Source of the DNA: Bradymonadales bacterium
GTDB lineage: Bacteria > Myxococcota_A > UBA9042 > PWKZ01
Reading direction: 5' to 3'
Length of the DNA: 52,652 nucleotides
Assembly: GCA_003559575.1 (NCBI GenBank)
Contig: PWKZ01000080.1
Span: forward strand, 1-52,652
A program made the translations under genes and the position numbers. Numbering within the stretch: the stretch's first letter is position 1; the number at the start of each line of letters is the position of its first letter. The notes beneath the pieces were generated by a model. That model did no database searches and was not told where the DNA came from. It worked only from the letters and a program-made list of their open reading frames with translations. This document shows, one piece after another, positions 24,363 through 33,979 of the stretch.

Positions 24363-26107
24363 CCCGACTTTCGATTGTATTGCTTGTAGATGGGGTCGGC
24401 CTCCTGCAGCACGCGCCGGAGCACCTTGCCCACAGGGGTCTTGGGCAGCTCCGGCACGAACTCCACCGCCCGCGGGACCTTGTAGTGGGTGTAGTTTTCG
24501 CGCGCCCACTCGATCAACTGCGCGGGAGTAACCTTGCCCGCGAAGCCGTCGCGCAAGACGACCCAGGCCTTGACGATCTCGCCGGCCTCCGGGTCGGGCA
24601 AGCCGGCCACCGCCGCCTCGCTGATCGCCTCGTGAGCCATCATGTTGGTCTCGATCTCGGTGGGATAGACACTGTAGCCGCGGAACTTGATTAGCTGCTT
24701 CTTGCGGTCGTGAATGGTTATGCGACCGTGTTCGTCCATGCTGCCGATATCGCCCGTGAGCAACCAGCGGCGCCCGTCCTCGTCCTCGACAATGGTCTCT
24801 TTGGTCTCTTCCTCATTGTGGAGATAACCGACCATCACTTGGGGGCCGGCTACGGTGATCTCGCCTCGCTCGCCTATCGGAAGCTCTCTGGCGGGATCAT
24901 CCGAGTCGACTATCTTCCAGTCGGTGCCGGGGAACGGCAAGCCGATGGTGCCAATCTTGCGGTTGCCCCAAAACGGCCCGGCCGATACGACCGGGGATGT
25001 CTCCGAGAGACCGTAGCCCTCCACCAATCGGGCTCCGGTGGCCTTTTCAAACGCTTCTTGCACCGGGCGGTGGAGCGGCCCGGCGCCGCTCACGCACAAC
25101 ACGAGCTTGCCGTCGAGGTCGTAGTTCTTGATCTCCGGCCACTCGGCGAGGCGTTTAAACAGGATCTCGGCCGCGGGATAGAGGGTCCCCTCCGGCGGCG
25201 AGACTTTCATCAGGGTATCGATCAGCGGCTTGTTTTCAGGTGGTCGCGGGAACAGGATCATAGTCCCGCCGAAGCAGACGCAGATGTTCATCACACAGGT
25301 CATCGCGAAGCTGTGGAACAGCGGCAAGACCCCGAGCGCAGCCGAGCCCGGTTGGGTCTTCCACAGCCACAACCGGGATTGTGTCGCGTTGGCGGCGCAG
25401 TTGAAGTGCGACAGCACGGCCGCCTTGGGGACTCCGGTGGTGCCTCCCGTCATGATGTAGGTGGCGATGTCATCGGGCTCGACCGTGACCGAAGGCAGGG
25501 CCGGTGCGGTGTCCATCATCTCCTTGAACGACAGCGCGCCGGGCGGCATCGGGGCCGAAGGAATCTTGCCGAGCATTTTGCCGAGGGTGCGTTTCAGGAA
25601 CGACATCTTGGCAAGATCAATGATGTTGGTCACGACCAAATGCTGAACACTCGTCTCTTTCAAGATGGGCGCCAGCATCGTCTCGTAGAGCGCGTCCAGT
25701 ACCACCACCGCCTTGGCGCCGGTCAAGTTGAGCTGGTGCTTGACCTCACCGGGTTTGTAGGTCGGGTTGATGCCGGTGACGATGAGCCCCAAGCGAGCGC
25801 ACGCGTAGTAGCCGATGACGTACTGGAAGCTGTTGGGCAGCACCAACGCCACCACGTCGCCGTGCCTGAGACCGAGATCGGTGAGCGCCGTCGCGAAACG
25901 GTCGACGTTCTCCTTGAGCTCGGTGAAGGTCATGTAGGTGTCCAAAAACCAGATGGCGTTTTTGGAGCCGTGGTCGACCGCGGTCTGGTCAAGCATCTGG
26001 CCAAGCGTCACTTTTTCGAACTCGTGATTCTTGGGCACTTCGTCGGGCCAGCCGGCTTCTTTCGAGAACCAGGGGCGGGATTCATCAACATGGTAAGGGG
26101 AGGTCAT
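24359..26107 (-). CDS. fadD: Long-chain-fatty-acid--CoA ligase (AMP-binding superfamily)
   Basis: YIMTGGTTGVPKAAVLSH (AMP-binding signature), GYGLSETSP, and TGDIGSMDEHGRITIHDRKKQLIKFRGYSVYPTEIE. ATG at 26107 is preceded by AAGGAG. Confidence 0.88.
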   Translation of the reverse strand: MTSPYHVDESRPWFSKEAGWPDEVPKNHEFEKVTLGQMLDQTAVDHGSKNAIWFLDTYMTFTELKENVDRFATALTDLGLRHGDVVALVLPNSFQYVIGYYACARLGLIVTGINPTYKPGEVKHQLNLTGAKAVVVLDALYETMLAPILKETSVQHLVVTNIIDLAKMSFLKRTLGKMLGKIPSAPMPPGALSFKEMMDTAPALPSVTVEPDDIATYIMTGGTTGVPKAAVLSHFNCAANATQSRLWLWKTQPGSAALGVLPLFHSFAMTCVMNICVCFGGTMILFPRPPENKPLIDTLMKVSPPEGTLYPAAEILFKRLAEWPEIKNYDLDGKLVLCVSGAGPLHRPVQEAFEKATGARLVEGYGLSETSPVVSAGPFWGNRKIGTIGLPFPGTDWKIVDSDDPARELPIGERGEITVAGPQVMVGYLHNEEETKETIVEDEDGRRWLLTGDIGSMDEHGRITIHDRKKQLIKFRGYSVYPTEIETNMMAHEAISEAAVAGLPDPEAGEIVKAWVVLRDGFAGKVTPAQLIEWARENYTHYKVPRAVEFVPELPKTPVGKVLRRVLQEADPIYKQYNRKSG

Positions 26108-26203
26108 CTTCGTCTCCTTGGTTTGGTGGGTCGCTCGCCCAACCTGAGTGGCGTTATCGAGAGAACGTGTCGCCCGAAAGATAACCCAAACGCGGTGGTT
26201 GTG

Positions 26204-26731
26204 CTACCTCTGTGAGCCGCGTCTTCGCGCTTTGCCGCGCTTGCCGCTTGCGCGCTTGGTGGCCGCCGTCGCTGCTCGCGCTTCCAGCACCTCCACCGCC
26301 TTGAGGTGGAGGACAAGCCGGCCGTCTTCACGCCGGACGCGGCCCTCGACCCTCACTCGGGCGCCGGGCAGAATAAGCTCCTCCTCGGCGCGGTAGTTGG
26401 ATCCATGCTGGCTCGTAAACTCCAGGTGGCCGGCCTGATCTAGTTCGGCGGGTTTGGGCGGCACCACCGGCAGCACCCCTCCCTCCATTTGCAGATCGAA
26501 CGGTCCATAACCTTCGATCTGTTTGAGCTTGTGGAGCGCAGGCTGGCGCCCGCCGGTTATCAAGAGGAACCCCTGATAGAAGAAAGCGACGCATCGCTGG
26601 CCGCGCACCGGCGAGCAGAGCGACTCCTCGGCGCGGACCACACCCTCCACGGTGTTGCGGCCCACCACCACCTCTTCAAACCGCCCGGTGGGGACAGGGA
26701 CACGTAAAAGACCTTTCAAAGACTCGAACAT
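26204..26731 (-). CDS. Hypothetical protein with a basic C-terminal tail
   Basis: 175-aa ORF. ATG at 26731 is preceded by GAGGAG. No motif recognised. C-terminus is KRASGKRGKARRRGSQR. Confidence 0.45.
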   Translation of the reverse strand: MFESLKGLLRVPVPTGRFEEVVVGRNTVEGVVRAEESLCSPVRGQRCVAFFYQGFLLITGGRQPALHKLKQIEGYGPFDLQMEGGVLPVVPPKPAELDQAGHLEFTSQHGSNYRAEEELILPGARVRVEGRVRREDGRLVLHLKAVEVLEARAATAATKRASGKRGKARRRGSQR

Positions 26732-26850
26732 CACACTCCTCACGGCACCCTTCCAAGCAAACGAGCATTGCGGCCACCCGCCCGGGAGAGGAGCGGACAG
26801 CGCGTCACCCCGGGCGAGGTTGTGCCGAAACAGCCCGGCGCGTCAAGCCC

Positions 26851-26949
26851 CCATAATCGTCGGCCCATCCTGGTATTCGCGCGCGTATTCACGCCCATAA
26901 TTGTGCCCGAATCGCTTCCCGAATCCCGGAAAAGGGTGGATGATTGAGG
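26851..26949. repeat. Composite half-element (copy F): inverted subfamily-1 arm joined to a subfamily-2 arm, core hairpin missing
   Basis: 26851-26895 is the reverse complement of the subfamily-1 right arm (CCATAATCGTCGGCCCATCCTGGTATTCGCGCGCG.ATTCACGC). 26896-26949 matches the subfamily-2 right arm (..GTGCCCGAATCGCTTCCCGAATCCCGGAAAAGGGTGGATGATTGAGG). Confidence 0.8.
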
Positions 26950-27052
26950 GGCTGGGCTTGCCGTTTGGCCGGTGGTGTGGCAAACGTGTAGGCTATTCTC
27001 CGCGGCGCCAAACGGCGCGCGGGTGCACTCTCGTGAATCCTCGGAGGAGTTC

Positions 27053-29911
27053 ATGCGTTGTCTTTTCCTCAAGCCTTCCGCCCTCGAAGCCGGGCCGCCC
27101 CTCGCTCGTGCGCTGACGGTCCTCGTCATGCTCGCCCTGCTGCCCCTCGGCTGTGATGGCGGCAGCTCGACCACACCTCTGCCGGTCGCGGACGTGGTGG
27201 ACGATCCCACCGATGTCCCACCCGGCAAAGGCGACACCCTCCCTGCCGACGAGGTCACCGACCCCGATGAAGCCGAGTGCTACTACCCTCGCGACTGTGG
27301 ACCGCTCCACGATTGTCGCGACGGACTTTGCATCACTACCATCGAGTGCGTCCAGAGGCGCGACTGCGGCGAGGGCGAGGTCTGTCTAGACGGGCGCTGC
27401 CTCGCGTACTGCAGCACCGATCTCGACTGCCATGAGGACGGCCACTGTCTTGACGGGGAGTGCTTCCCATATCCCGCCGATCTGTGGACGGCGCCGCCGT
27501 TCGAGCCCGCGGGAGATGGCCCGACCGGGCTCCGGGCGGGGGTCGGGATAGTCGACCTCGATTACCCGATCGGGGTCTCCCTGGCGGGCTATGGGGCGCG
27601 CGGGGTCGCCATCGAGAGCGAGTACAGGTGCTCGATCACCGGCTCGGATCGCCAACTCGAGCGACAGACCGTAAAGGCGGTGGCGTTCGACGACGGACAC
27701 GAGCGGGTAATTTTGATCCGCACCCCGACGAGCTGGGTCAACGACCACATGGTCTCGGGCGCCGCACACAAGCTGAACGAACTCAGAGGCAAGGATTACC
27801 TGGACCGGATAGTCTTGTTCGCCACCCACTCGCACAGCCAGCCGGCCCGCTATGAGATGTTGGCCACCGGCGAGGGGCTGGGCCAGATGGGCATGGGGGA
27901 CTTCTCGATCGAGGTTTTCGATAGACTCACCAAGAGCTTGGCGCACGCCGCCGATCTTGCCATCGAGGATCTCTCGCCGGCGCGCCTCTCGTTCGCCTCG
28001 CTCGGTTCCGCCGAGGAGAGCTACGACCCCGACGGACTGGTCACCTGGGATCGCCGCAAGGAGAGCCCGCCGTTCAAGTATCCGCGTCTGTCGATGGTCC
28101 GTGTCGACGATCCCGATGGTCACCCGCGGGCGCTCATGGTCCACCTGCCCATTCATGGGGTCTATCTTTTCCACGGAGCGGTCTCGGGCGATATCCCGGG
28201 GGCCATCGAGAGCATCACCGAATACAACCTCCGCCAGAGGCTCGGGCGCCATGTCCCCGTGCTGTACATGAACGGCCCGGCCGGCAACGTCTCGCCCGCC
28301 GGCGAGTGGTGGCCCGGACCGCTGTGGAACAAGGTGCTGCGGGTTGGATATCGAGCGTGGCCGTTCATCGAGTCGCTCTATGAGTCGCTCGAAGGGCAGG
28401 GCCGCGACGACATCACGCTGCGCCGGGGAATGCAGCGCGTGCCCCTCTCTTATGATCATTTGGGCTACGACCGCGACAAACCGCACCCCGACGGCGAGGG
28501 GAAGGGCGAGTTCTACGACGCCGTGTTCGGCAGCCATCGTGGTGAGCCCTACTGCATGGGCGCGCTCATGTGTGTCGGCGCCGGCGATGATGACTGGGAC
28601 AACTATTATCAAGACGGTGCGCTGCAGTGCTTGATCTCCGTCAAGGGCTACATCGGCTATCCGTTGACGCAGCTCATGAAGACCCGCCTGGCGGTGATTG
28701 GGCTCGGTGATCTCGTGTTCTTGACCCTCCCGGGAGAGCCCAACGCGCGCTACGGCGTCGACCTCGAAGAGCGGGTGCGAGAGGCCACCGGCTCCGAGCT
28801 TGCGTTGGTGCTGGGCTATTCGATGGACCACCTGTTCTATCTGATGGACGAAGACGACTGGTGGCGCGGTGGCTACGAGCCCTCCATGAGCCCGTGGGGC
28901 TGGAAGCTCGGCGACTACCTGGCCGACAAGAGCGCGGCGCTGGCGGACATGGTTTGGGCAGGCCAGTCGGCGCCGGCGACCGATCTGAAGCCCTCTTGGT
29001 GGGAAGATGCGGAAGAGAGACTCCGCGCCGCGGGGATCCTCAAAGAGCATCAACCCTGGCTGAGAGAGCCCGTCTGGCATGAGGTTGAATGGCGCCCGAC
29101 CGCCACCGAGGACGTGGGGCACGCGATCGACTCGCCGCCGGAGGAGGTCCGGCGGATGGAGGCGGTCGAGTTTACCTATGAGGGTGGCCATCCGGGGGTC
29201 GATCTTCCCGTCCCCACGCTCGAGCGCCGCGAAGGCGACGAGTTCGTGCCGGTACTCTTTGCCGACGGCGCGCCCTATGACAACTCATATTTCCACTTCG
29301 TGGTGCACTTCCGGGGCACCGAGCGTCAACCAAGCCCCCACGCCGGCCGGAATGTCTGGTCGATCCGCTGGCAGGAGGGACCTCACTTCCCGGCGGGGGT
29401 CTATCGGATGCGGGTCACCGGCCGTTACTACGACGGCACAACCCCCGGGGTCGCCACCCCCTACGAGACGAAGAGCGAGCCGTTCGAGCTCAGGCCGCGG
29501 GAAGATATAGTGGTGCACGAGGTCATTGAAGAGGGCGACGATCTGGTGGTCATTGCCACCTATCCGCCTCCTCCGACCACCGCTGATCGCGAGGGCCCGT
29601 TTGACGAGCTCATCCCCACCGGACACTTTGCGCCATTCCTGGATCGGGCGGGGTTCATCGGCGGCACCTTACCGCATGACCTCACGGTCAAACTCAACCT
29701 CGATTCGCAGGAGTTCGAGGCGGATGAGGTGGAGTTTGTCTATCCGTTCCCGGCCAAACGCGACGAGGAAGGGGAGATCACCGTGGAGACGATGGAGGTC
29801 ACCGTCACTCGCCTACGCCTGGCCCACCCCGGCCCCGGCCTTCATACGTTGCAGATAGTCGATCCTCATGGCAACACCGGGACGCGAGATCTGGATTTTC
29901 TGGTGCGCTAG
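27053..29911 (+). CDS. Lipoprotein with an N-terminal Cys-rich module and a neutral/alkaline ceramidase-like domain
   Basis: ATG at 27053 is preceded by GGAGG. Signal and lipobox LVMLALLPLGC. Cys-rich stretch CYYPRDCGPLHDCRDGLCITTIECVQRRDCGEGEVCLDGRCLAYCSTDLDCHEDGHCLDGEC. Then LRAGVGIVDLDYPIGVSLAGYGARG ... FATHSHSQP, which resembles the ceramidase N-terminal domain pattern. Confidence 0.55.
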   Translation: MRCLFLKPSALEAGPPLARALTVLVMLALLPLGCDGGSSTTPLPVADVVDDPTDVPPGKGDTLPADEVTDPDEAECYYPRDCGPLHDCRDGLCITTIECVQRRDCGEGEVCLDGRCLAYCSTDLDCHEDGHCLDGECFPYPADLWTAPPFEPAGDGPTGLRAGVGIVDLDYPIGVSLAGYGARGVAIESEYRCSITGSDRQLERQTVKAVAFDDGHERVILIRTPTSWVNDHMVSGAAHKLNELRGKDYLDRIVLFATHSHSQPARYEMLATGEGLGQMGMGDFSIEVFDRLTKSLAHAADLAIEDLSPARLSFASLGSAEESYDPDGLVTWDRRKESPPFKYPRLSMVRVDDPDGHPRALMVHLPIHGVYLFHGAVSGDIPGAIESITEYNLRQRLGRHVPVLYMNGPAGNVSPAGEWWPGPLWNKVLRVGYRAWPFIESLYESLEGQGRDDITLRRGMQRVPLSYDHLGYDRDKPHPDGEGKGEFYDAVFGSHRGEPYCMGALMCVGAGDDDWDNYYQDGALQCLISVKGYIGYPLTQLMKTRLAVIGLGDLVFLTLPGEPNARYGVDLEERVREATGSELALVLGYSMDHLFYLMDEDDWWRGGYEPSMSPWGWKLGDYLADKSAALADMVWAGQSAPATDLKPSWWEDAEERLRAAGILKEHQPWLREPVWHEVEWRPTATEDVGHAIDSPPEEVRRMEAVEFTYEGGHPGVDLPVPTLERREGDEFVPVLFADGAPYDNSYFHFVVHFRGTERQPSPHAGRNVWSIRWQEGPHFPAGVYRMRVTGRYYDGTTPGVATPYETKSEPFELRPREDIVVHEVIEEGDDLVVIATYPPPPTTADREGPFDELIPTGHFAPFLDRAGFIGGTLPHDLTVKLNLDSQEFEADEVEFVYPFPAKRDEEGEITVETMEVTVTRLRLAHPGPGLHTLQIVDPHGNTGTRDLDFLVR

Positions 29912-29918
29912 CCTAGTG

Positions 29919-30497
29919 TTACCGAATCCAGTCCTCGCGGCGCGCGGTCCAGATCGCGTCCGGGGGCATCTTTTCAATCTCGCGGCGGATCTCGCCAATC
30001 TCGTCTCCCGCGCCCCCGTTGATCTCGGGCGATACCAGGCAGATTTGAAAGGCGCTCTGGAGCTTGGCGTAGCTCTTGGCGTTGAGTGGGAAGCGGTCGA
30101 AACAATCGACGCAGACCCATTTGGCTTTCCCTGCGAGCATCATGGCGGACTCGAGGGGCTCATAGTCCGAAAACCGCGCCGCGAACTGAGCGATTCCCAG
30201 CCTGGCCATCTGAACGGACTCGGCGCCGGTCAAGTTGTGGAAGAGATATTTTGTGATGTTGAAGCGGTGCAGTAGTTCGCGGGTGGGGGGGATGAGACCG
30301 CTGCCGTGGACGTTTATCAGGAGCTGCGCGTGGCGAAATTGGCTCAGGAATTCCATCAGCACCTCCCCGGACTCGAAGGGCTCGTGCGCGATCCGCAGCG
30401 AGCCGTCATAGTCGCGGACGTCGATGGCCACTCCGTGGCTGGTGGGTGTCCGTCTGAGATCGGCGAGCGTCTTGATTCCGTGTTCGATAAAAAGCAT
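29919..30497 (-). CDS. Small PLC-like/GDPD-like phosphodiesterase candidate (tentative)
   Basis: 192-aa ORF from ATG 30497 (the track start at 30515 is TTG). IEHGIKT...HGVAIDVRDYDGSLRIAHEPF loosely resembles the HR..ENT / E.D.....DG..V..HD pattern of GDPD/PI-PLC-fold enzymes. Weak assignment. Confidence 0.35.
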   Translation of the reverse strand: MLFIEHGIKTLADLRRTPTSHGVAIDVRDYDGSLRIAHEPFESGEVLMEFLSQFRHAQLLINVHGSGLIPPTRELLHRFNITKYLFHNLTGAESVQMARLGIAQFAARFSDYEPLESAMMLAGKAKWVCVDCFDRFPLNAKSYAKLQSAFQICLVSPEINGGAGDEIGEIRREIEKMPPDAIWTARREDWIR

Positions 30498-30719
30498 GGT
30501 TTCACCCAATTCCAATGAGATGGTTAGCAGACTTTTTTACGGTTCGCGTCTCTAATCCGCCATTGCGCCGGCGGACTGCCCCGAGCATGCACCCGTGTAC
30601 GCCCCAAAACAAAGACCTCCAAACTCTAACAATCCCATCCGTGAGCCGCAACGGGTTGCGACGCGACTCTGAGGATCATAGCATCTGGAGGGGTGCGCAA
30701 ACGGGCCAGGAGGATCTTC

Positions 30720-33700
30720 ATGGCTGCCAGAACTTTTTCCTTTGCTTCAACCTTGGTGCTTGTGTCTCTCTCAGTCTCTTTCGCCGGATGCGGCTCTGAG
30801 ATAAGCGATCCTCGGTCCTCCGATGTCCTCTCGCCGGACACGGCGGGGGTGAGCGACATGTTTCCGAGCATTCCCGATCTGGGCCCCGGCACGCCGGATG
30901 ATATTGCGCACAAGGAGATCCTCGTGCCCGACGCACCGGCGCCTGAAGACGTTGTCGACGAGAGCGACCTCGTCCTCCCTCCTCCGGCGTGTCTCGACGA
31001 TTACGAATGCGATGACGGCGACTATTGTACCTTCGGCTACTGCGATGACGAGGGGGTCTGTCAATATGAACCCAAGGAGGGGTTTTGCCACATCGACGGC
31101 GAGTGCTACGAGGCCGGCGAGACCGATCCCGACAACCCGTGTCGCGCCTGCCTGCCGCTTTCCGCCGGCGACGAGTGGACCCCTGATGACACTTTGGACT
31201 GCGCCGAGGACGATCTGTGCGCCACCTGGTCGTGCCGCGACGGCGAGTGTGTCGCGCACCCGATTCTTCACTGCGAAGACAATAACCCTTGCACGACGGC
31301 GTACTGCGACGGTGATGTCGGCTGCGTCTTCGAGCCGCGCGAGGGGGCGTGCGACAATGGCGATCCCTGCACGATCGGCGACTACTGTGAAGGCGGGGAT
31401 TGCGTCGCGGGCCCCGACCGGCTGGTCTGCGACAATGGCGACCCCTGTACCGTCGACACCTGCGAGCCCGGGCGCGGCTGTGTTCACGAGCCCCGCGATG
31501 GGCCGTGCGATGACGGCGACGCCTGCACCGTGGACACCCACTGCGTCGACGGGCAATGTCTCGGCACCCCCAAGGAGTGCGACGACGGCGATCCCTGCAC
31601 CGACGCGTGGTGCGATCCGGTACACGGCTGCCTCTACCGCGACAACGAAGCGCCGTGCGACGACGGCGATCCCTGTACGGTGGGTGATCGCTGTGTCGGT
31701 CGGGTTTGTGTCGGCGGCCCCGACACGCTCGTCTGCGACGACGGCAACCCTTGCACCGACGGTCATTGCGTCCCTTACGAGGGGTGCGTCTATACCGACA
31801 ACGACGATCCATGCGACGACGGCGACGCCTGTACGACGGGCGGCGTCTGTATGGGCGGCGAGTGCGTCGCCACCGGCGAGGTGGACTGCGACGACGGCAA
31901 CCCCTGCACCGCCAACGGCTGCGATCCCGACTTCGGCTGCTTCGAAGAGCCGCTCACCGGCCCGGAGTGCGATGACGGGCTGGTTTGCACGGTGGACGAC
32001 ACCTGCATCGACGGCGTTTGTCAGGGGACACCGAAGGACTGCGATGACGGCAACGACTGTACTCTCGACCGCTGCATCGAGCCGCACGGCTGCCGCAACG
32101 ACTTGATCGACAGCTCCGAGTGCGCGCTCGGGATCGTGATCACCGAGCCCGCGCGGGGAGTCACCCTGGACCATGGAGCGCTCGAAGAGGGGCTCGTCCC
32201 GGTGCGCGGCTACGTGGTGTCGCCGGCCGATCCCGCGCCGGCGCTGACGCTCGACGGCGCGCCGCTCGCGCTCGTGCCGCTCCCGAGCGAAGAGGCCGAT
32301 CCGGACCGCCCCAACCCCGACCAACCGCACCGGTTCGCTTTCGAGACGGCAGTGGTCCCCGAGCACGCCATGAACATGCTGCGGCTCAAGGCCACCGACT
32401 CGTTCGAGCAGGAAGCGAAGCGGGTCCAGTCGTTCTACTACTCGACCGTCTACTACCCCATGACCGAAGACGACTTCGATGCGACCAAGGTGCCGGCCGG
32501 CGTCGCGATTGGGCTGTCGCAGGAGTTCATGGACGATCCCGACGCGACCAGTCTGGCCTCGCTGGTGGATTTGATCTTCGGCAACCTCGACATCATGGAC
32601 TTCATTGACAACCCGGTGGCGAGGGTCGACGAGCTGGGGTGCAGGTACGATCTCAACATCACCAGCGCCTCGTTCAGCGGGACGAGCACCACTATTCGCA
32701 TCACCGACGACGGGCTGGCGCTGAATCTGACCTTGTCCGACCTCGACATCCGCTTCCGCCTGAGACGCACCAGTGGCGGGTTCTGGTGCCCCGGCAGTCA
32801 AAACGGTAGAATCACCGCCGACAGCGCTCGAATCGAGACCCGGGTCCGCGTCACGGTGGTGGACGGCGCCCTCAGTGTCACTCTCGACGAGGACGCCACC
32901 CAGGCCTCTTTCTCCAACTTCGACGTGTCGGTCGACGCCTGGTTCGACTTCCTGGTCGGCTGGTTCCGGGGCATGATCCAGGACACGCTCGAGGAGGCGC
33001 TCGAGGACATCATCAGCGATCAGGTCGGCCCGCTGCTGGCCACCGTGTTCGACGCCCTGTTGCTGGAGCTCGACATCGAGATCCCGCCGCTCATGCCGGG
33101 CGCCGATCCGGCGATGGTGGCCTTCCGTACCCGCATCTCGGACGCTCTCTTCGCCGCCGACGAATACATGCACCTCGAGATGGACGCCGCGGTGCTGACG
33201 GCGCGCGGGGTGCCCTATGAGAGGCTCGGCTCGCTCGGCTACGCCAACTGCCTCGAGTCCCCCTTCGGGCGCAACGCGGTCGATTTCACCCCCTACGAGC
33301 CCCTCAACGTGGGTTTGTTCGACGACGTCGCCAACCAGATCCTCCACGCCGCCTGGCGCACGGGCGCCTTCGAGCTCAATCTCGGCTCCGACGTGATCCC
33401 GGTGGACGAGCTCGAGCAGTTCGGCGTCAGCGAGTTGGATCTCGAGATTTCACTGCTGCTGCCGCCGGTGCTCACGAGCTGCAAGGACCTCCCGGCGCAT
33501 GAGGAAAACCCTGACGCGATCCTGCTCGAACTAGGTGACCTCGAGGTGCGTGCGGAGTTGGTGCTCAACGGCGTGCCGGTGGAGCTATTGATGTACACGA
33601 GCGCCGCCGGTACGGCGACGCTCGGGATCTTGGAGGACGAGGAAGAGGGCAGCAGCGGCGTCGGGATCCAGCTTTTGGGCTTTGATCGAGTGGAGACCGA

Positions 33701-33962
33701 TCTGGTGGAGGTCGTCTCACCCGATCCCGCCGTGGGCGCGATGGTCGGGGTGCTCATCGAGCAAGCGTTGCTGCCGATCCTTCTCGACGAGTTCGCCATG
33801 GATGAGCCCATCGGGTTCGAGCTGCCGGTAATCGATCTCAGCAACCCGGAGGCCGGTATTCCGGAGGGGACGGCGCTCGTGATCGAGCTCACCGAGGTGC
33901 TCCGCAGCGCCGACGCCAACACCATCATGAAGGGCCGCGCCAACCAGATCGCCGCGCCCTGA
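30720..33962 (+). CDS. Giant lipoprotein with about 12 myxobacterial-type cysteine-rich repeats and a large C-terminal domain
   Basis: ATG at 30720 is preceded by AGGAGG. Signal and lipobox LVLVSLSVSFAGC. Twelve C(D/E)(D/N)G(D/N)xCT modules occur at a period of about 26 aa. The C-terminal domain is about 600 aa and Cys-poor. Confidence 0.8.
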   Translation: MAARTFSFASTLVLVSLSVSFAGCGSEISDPRSSDVLSPDTAGVSDMFPSIPDLGPGTPDDIAHKEILVPDAPAPEDVVDESDLVLPPPACLDDYECDDGDYCTFGYCDDEGVCQYEPKEGFCHIDGECYEAGETDPDNPCRACLPLSAGDEWTPDDTLDCAEDDLCATWSCRDGECVAHPILHCEDNNPCTTAYCDGDVGCVFEPREGACDNGDPCTIGDYCEGGDCVAGPDRLVCDNGDPCTVDTCEPGRGCVHEPRDGPCDDGDACTVDTHCVDGQCLGTPKECDDGDPCTDAWCDPVHGCLYRDNEAPCDDGDPCTVGDRCVGRVCVGGPDTLVCDDGNPCTDGHCVPYEGCVYTDNDDPCDDGDACTTGGVCMGGECVATGEVDCDDGNPCTANGCDPDFGCFEEPLTGPECDDGLVCTVDDTCIDGVCQGTPKDCDDGNDCTLDRCIEPHGCRNDLIDSSECALGIVITEPARGVTLDHGALEEGLVPVRGYVVSPADPAPALTLDGAPLALVPLPSEEADPDRPNPDQPHRFAFETAVVPEHAMNMLRLKATDSFEQEAKRVQSFYYSTVYYPMTEDDFDATKVPAGVAIGLSQEFMDDPDATSLASLVDLIFGNLDIMDFIDNPVARVDELGCRYDLNITSASFSGTSTTIRITDDGLALNLTLSDLDIRFRLRRTSGGFWCPGSQNGRITADSARIETRVRVTVVDGALSVTLDEDATQASFSNFDVSVDAWFDFLVGWFRGMIQDTLEEALEDIISDQVGPLLATVFDALLLELDIEIPPLMPGADPAMVAFRTRISDALFAADEYMHLEMDAAVLTARGVPYERLGSLGYANCLESPFGRNAVDFTPYEPLNVGLFDDVANQILHAAWRTGAFELNLGSDVIPVDELEQFGVSELDLEISLLLPPVLTSCKDLPAHEENPDAILLELGDLEVRAELVLNGVPVELLMYTSAAGTATLGILEDEEEGSSGVGIQLLGFDRVETDLVEVVSPDPAVGAMVGVLIEQALLPILLDEFAMDEPIGFELPVIDLSNPEAGIPEGTALVIELTEVLRSADANTIMKGRANQIAAP
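30990..32123 (+). repeat. Intragenic array of about 78-bp periodic Cys-rich modules (TGCGACGACGGCGAYCCCTGCAC...)
   Basis: Recurrent DNA motif tgcgacgacggc(g/a)a(t/c)ccctg(c/t)ac encoding CDDG(D/N)PCT. Coordinates derived from residues 100-477 of the track ORF. Confidence 0.8.
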
Positions 33963-33979
33963 GGTTCGAGGAGACGACC

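Noticed and set aside
24710-26215. Long antisense ORFs opposite well-supported genes. Examples are 24710-26215 (501 aa), 30771-33347 (858 aa), 27386-29191 (601 aa), 20560-21639, 36769-37710, 38950-39837, 42813-43694, 23694-24509 and 3588-4535.
   Set aside because: These are typical high-GC shadow ORFs with Arg/Gly/Ala/His/Pro-rich, low-complexity translations and no recognisable motifs. In every case the opposite strand carries unambiguous family signatures (FadD, Cys-rich repeats, ceramidase-like, DprA, FGE, S9 peptidase and so on).
30647-30660. Palindrome CGCAAC-GG-GTTGCG in the divergent promoter gap between the GDPD-like gene and the first Cys-rich lipoprotein gene, a possible operator.
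   Set aside because: It is a single short palindrome with no second copy in the window and no conservation data, so it cannot be distinguished from chance.
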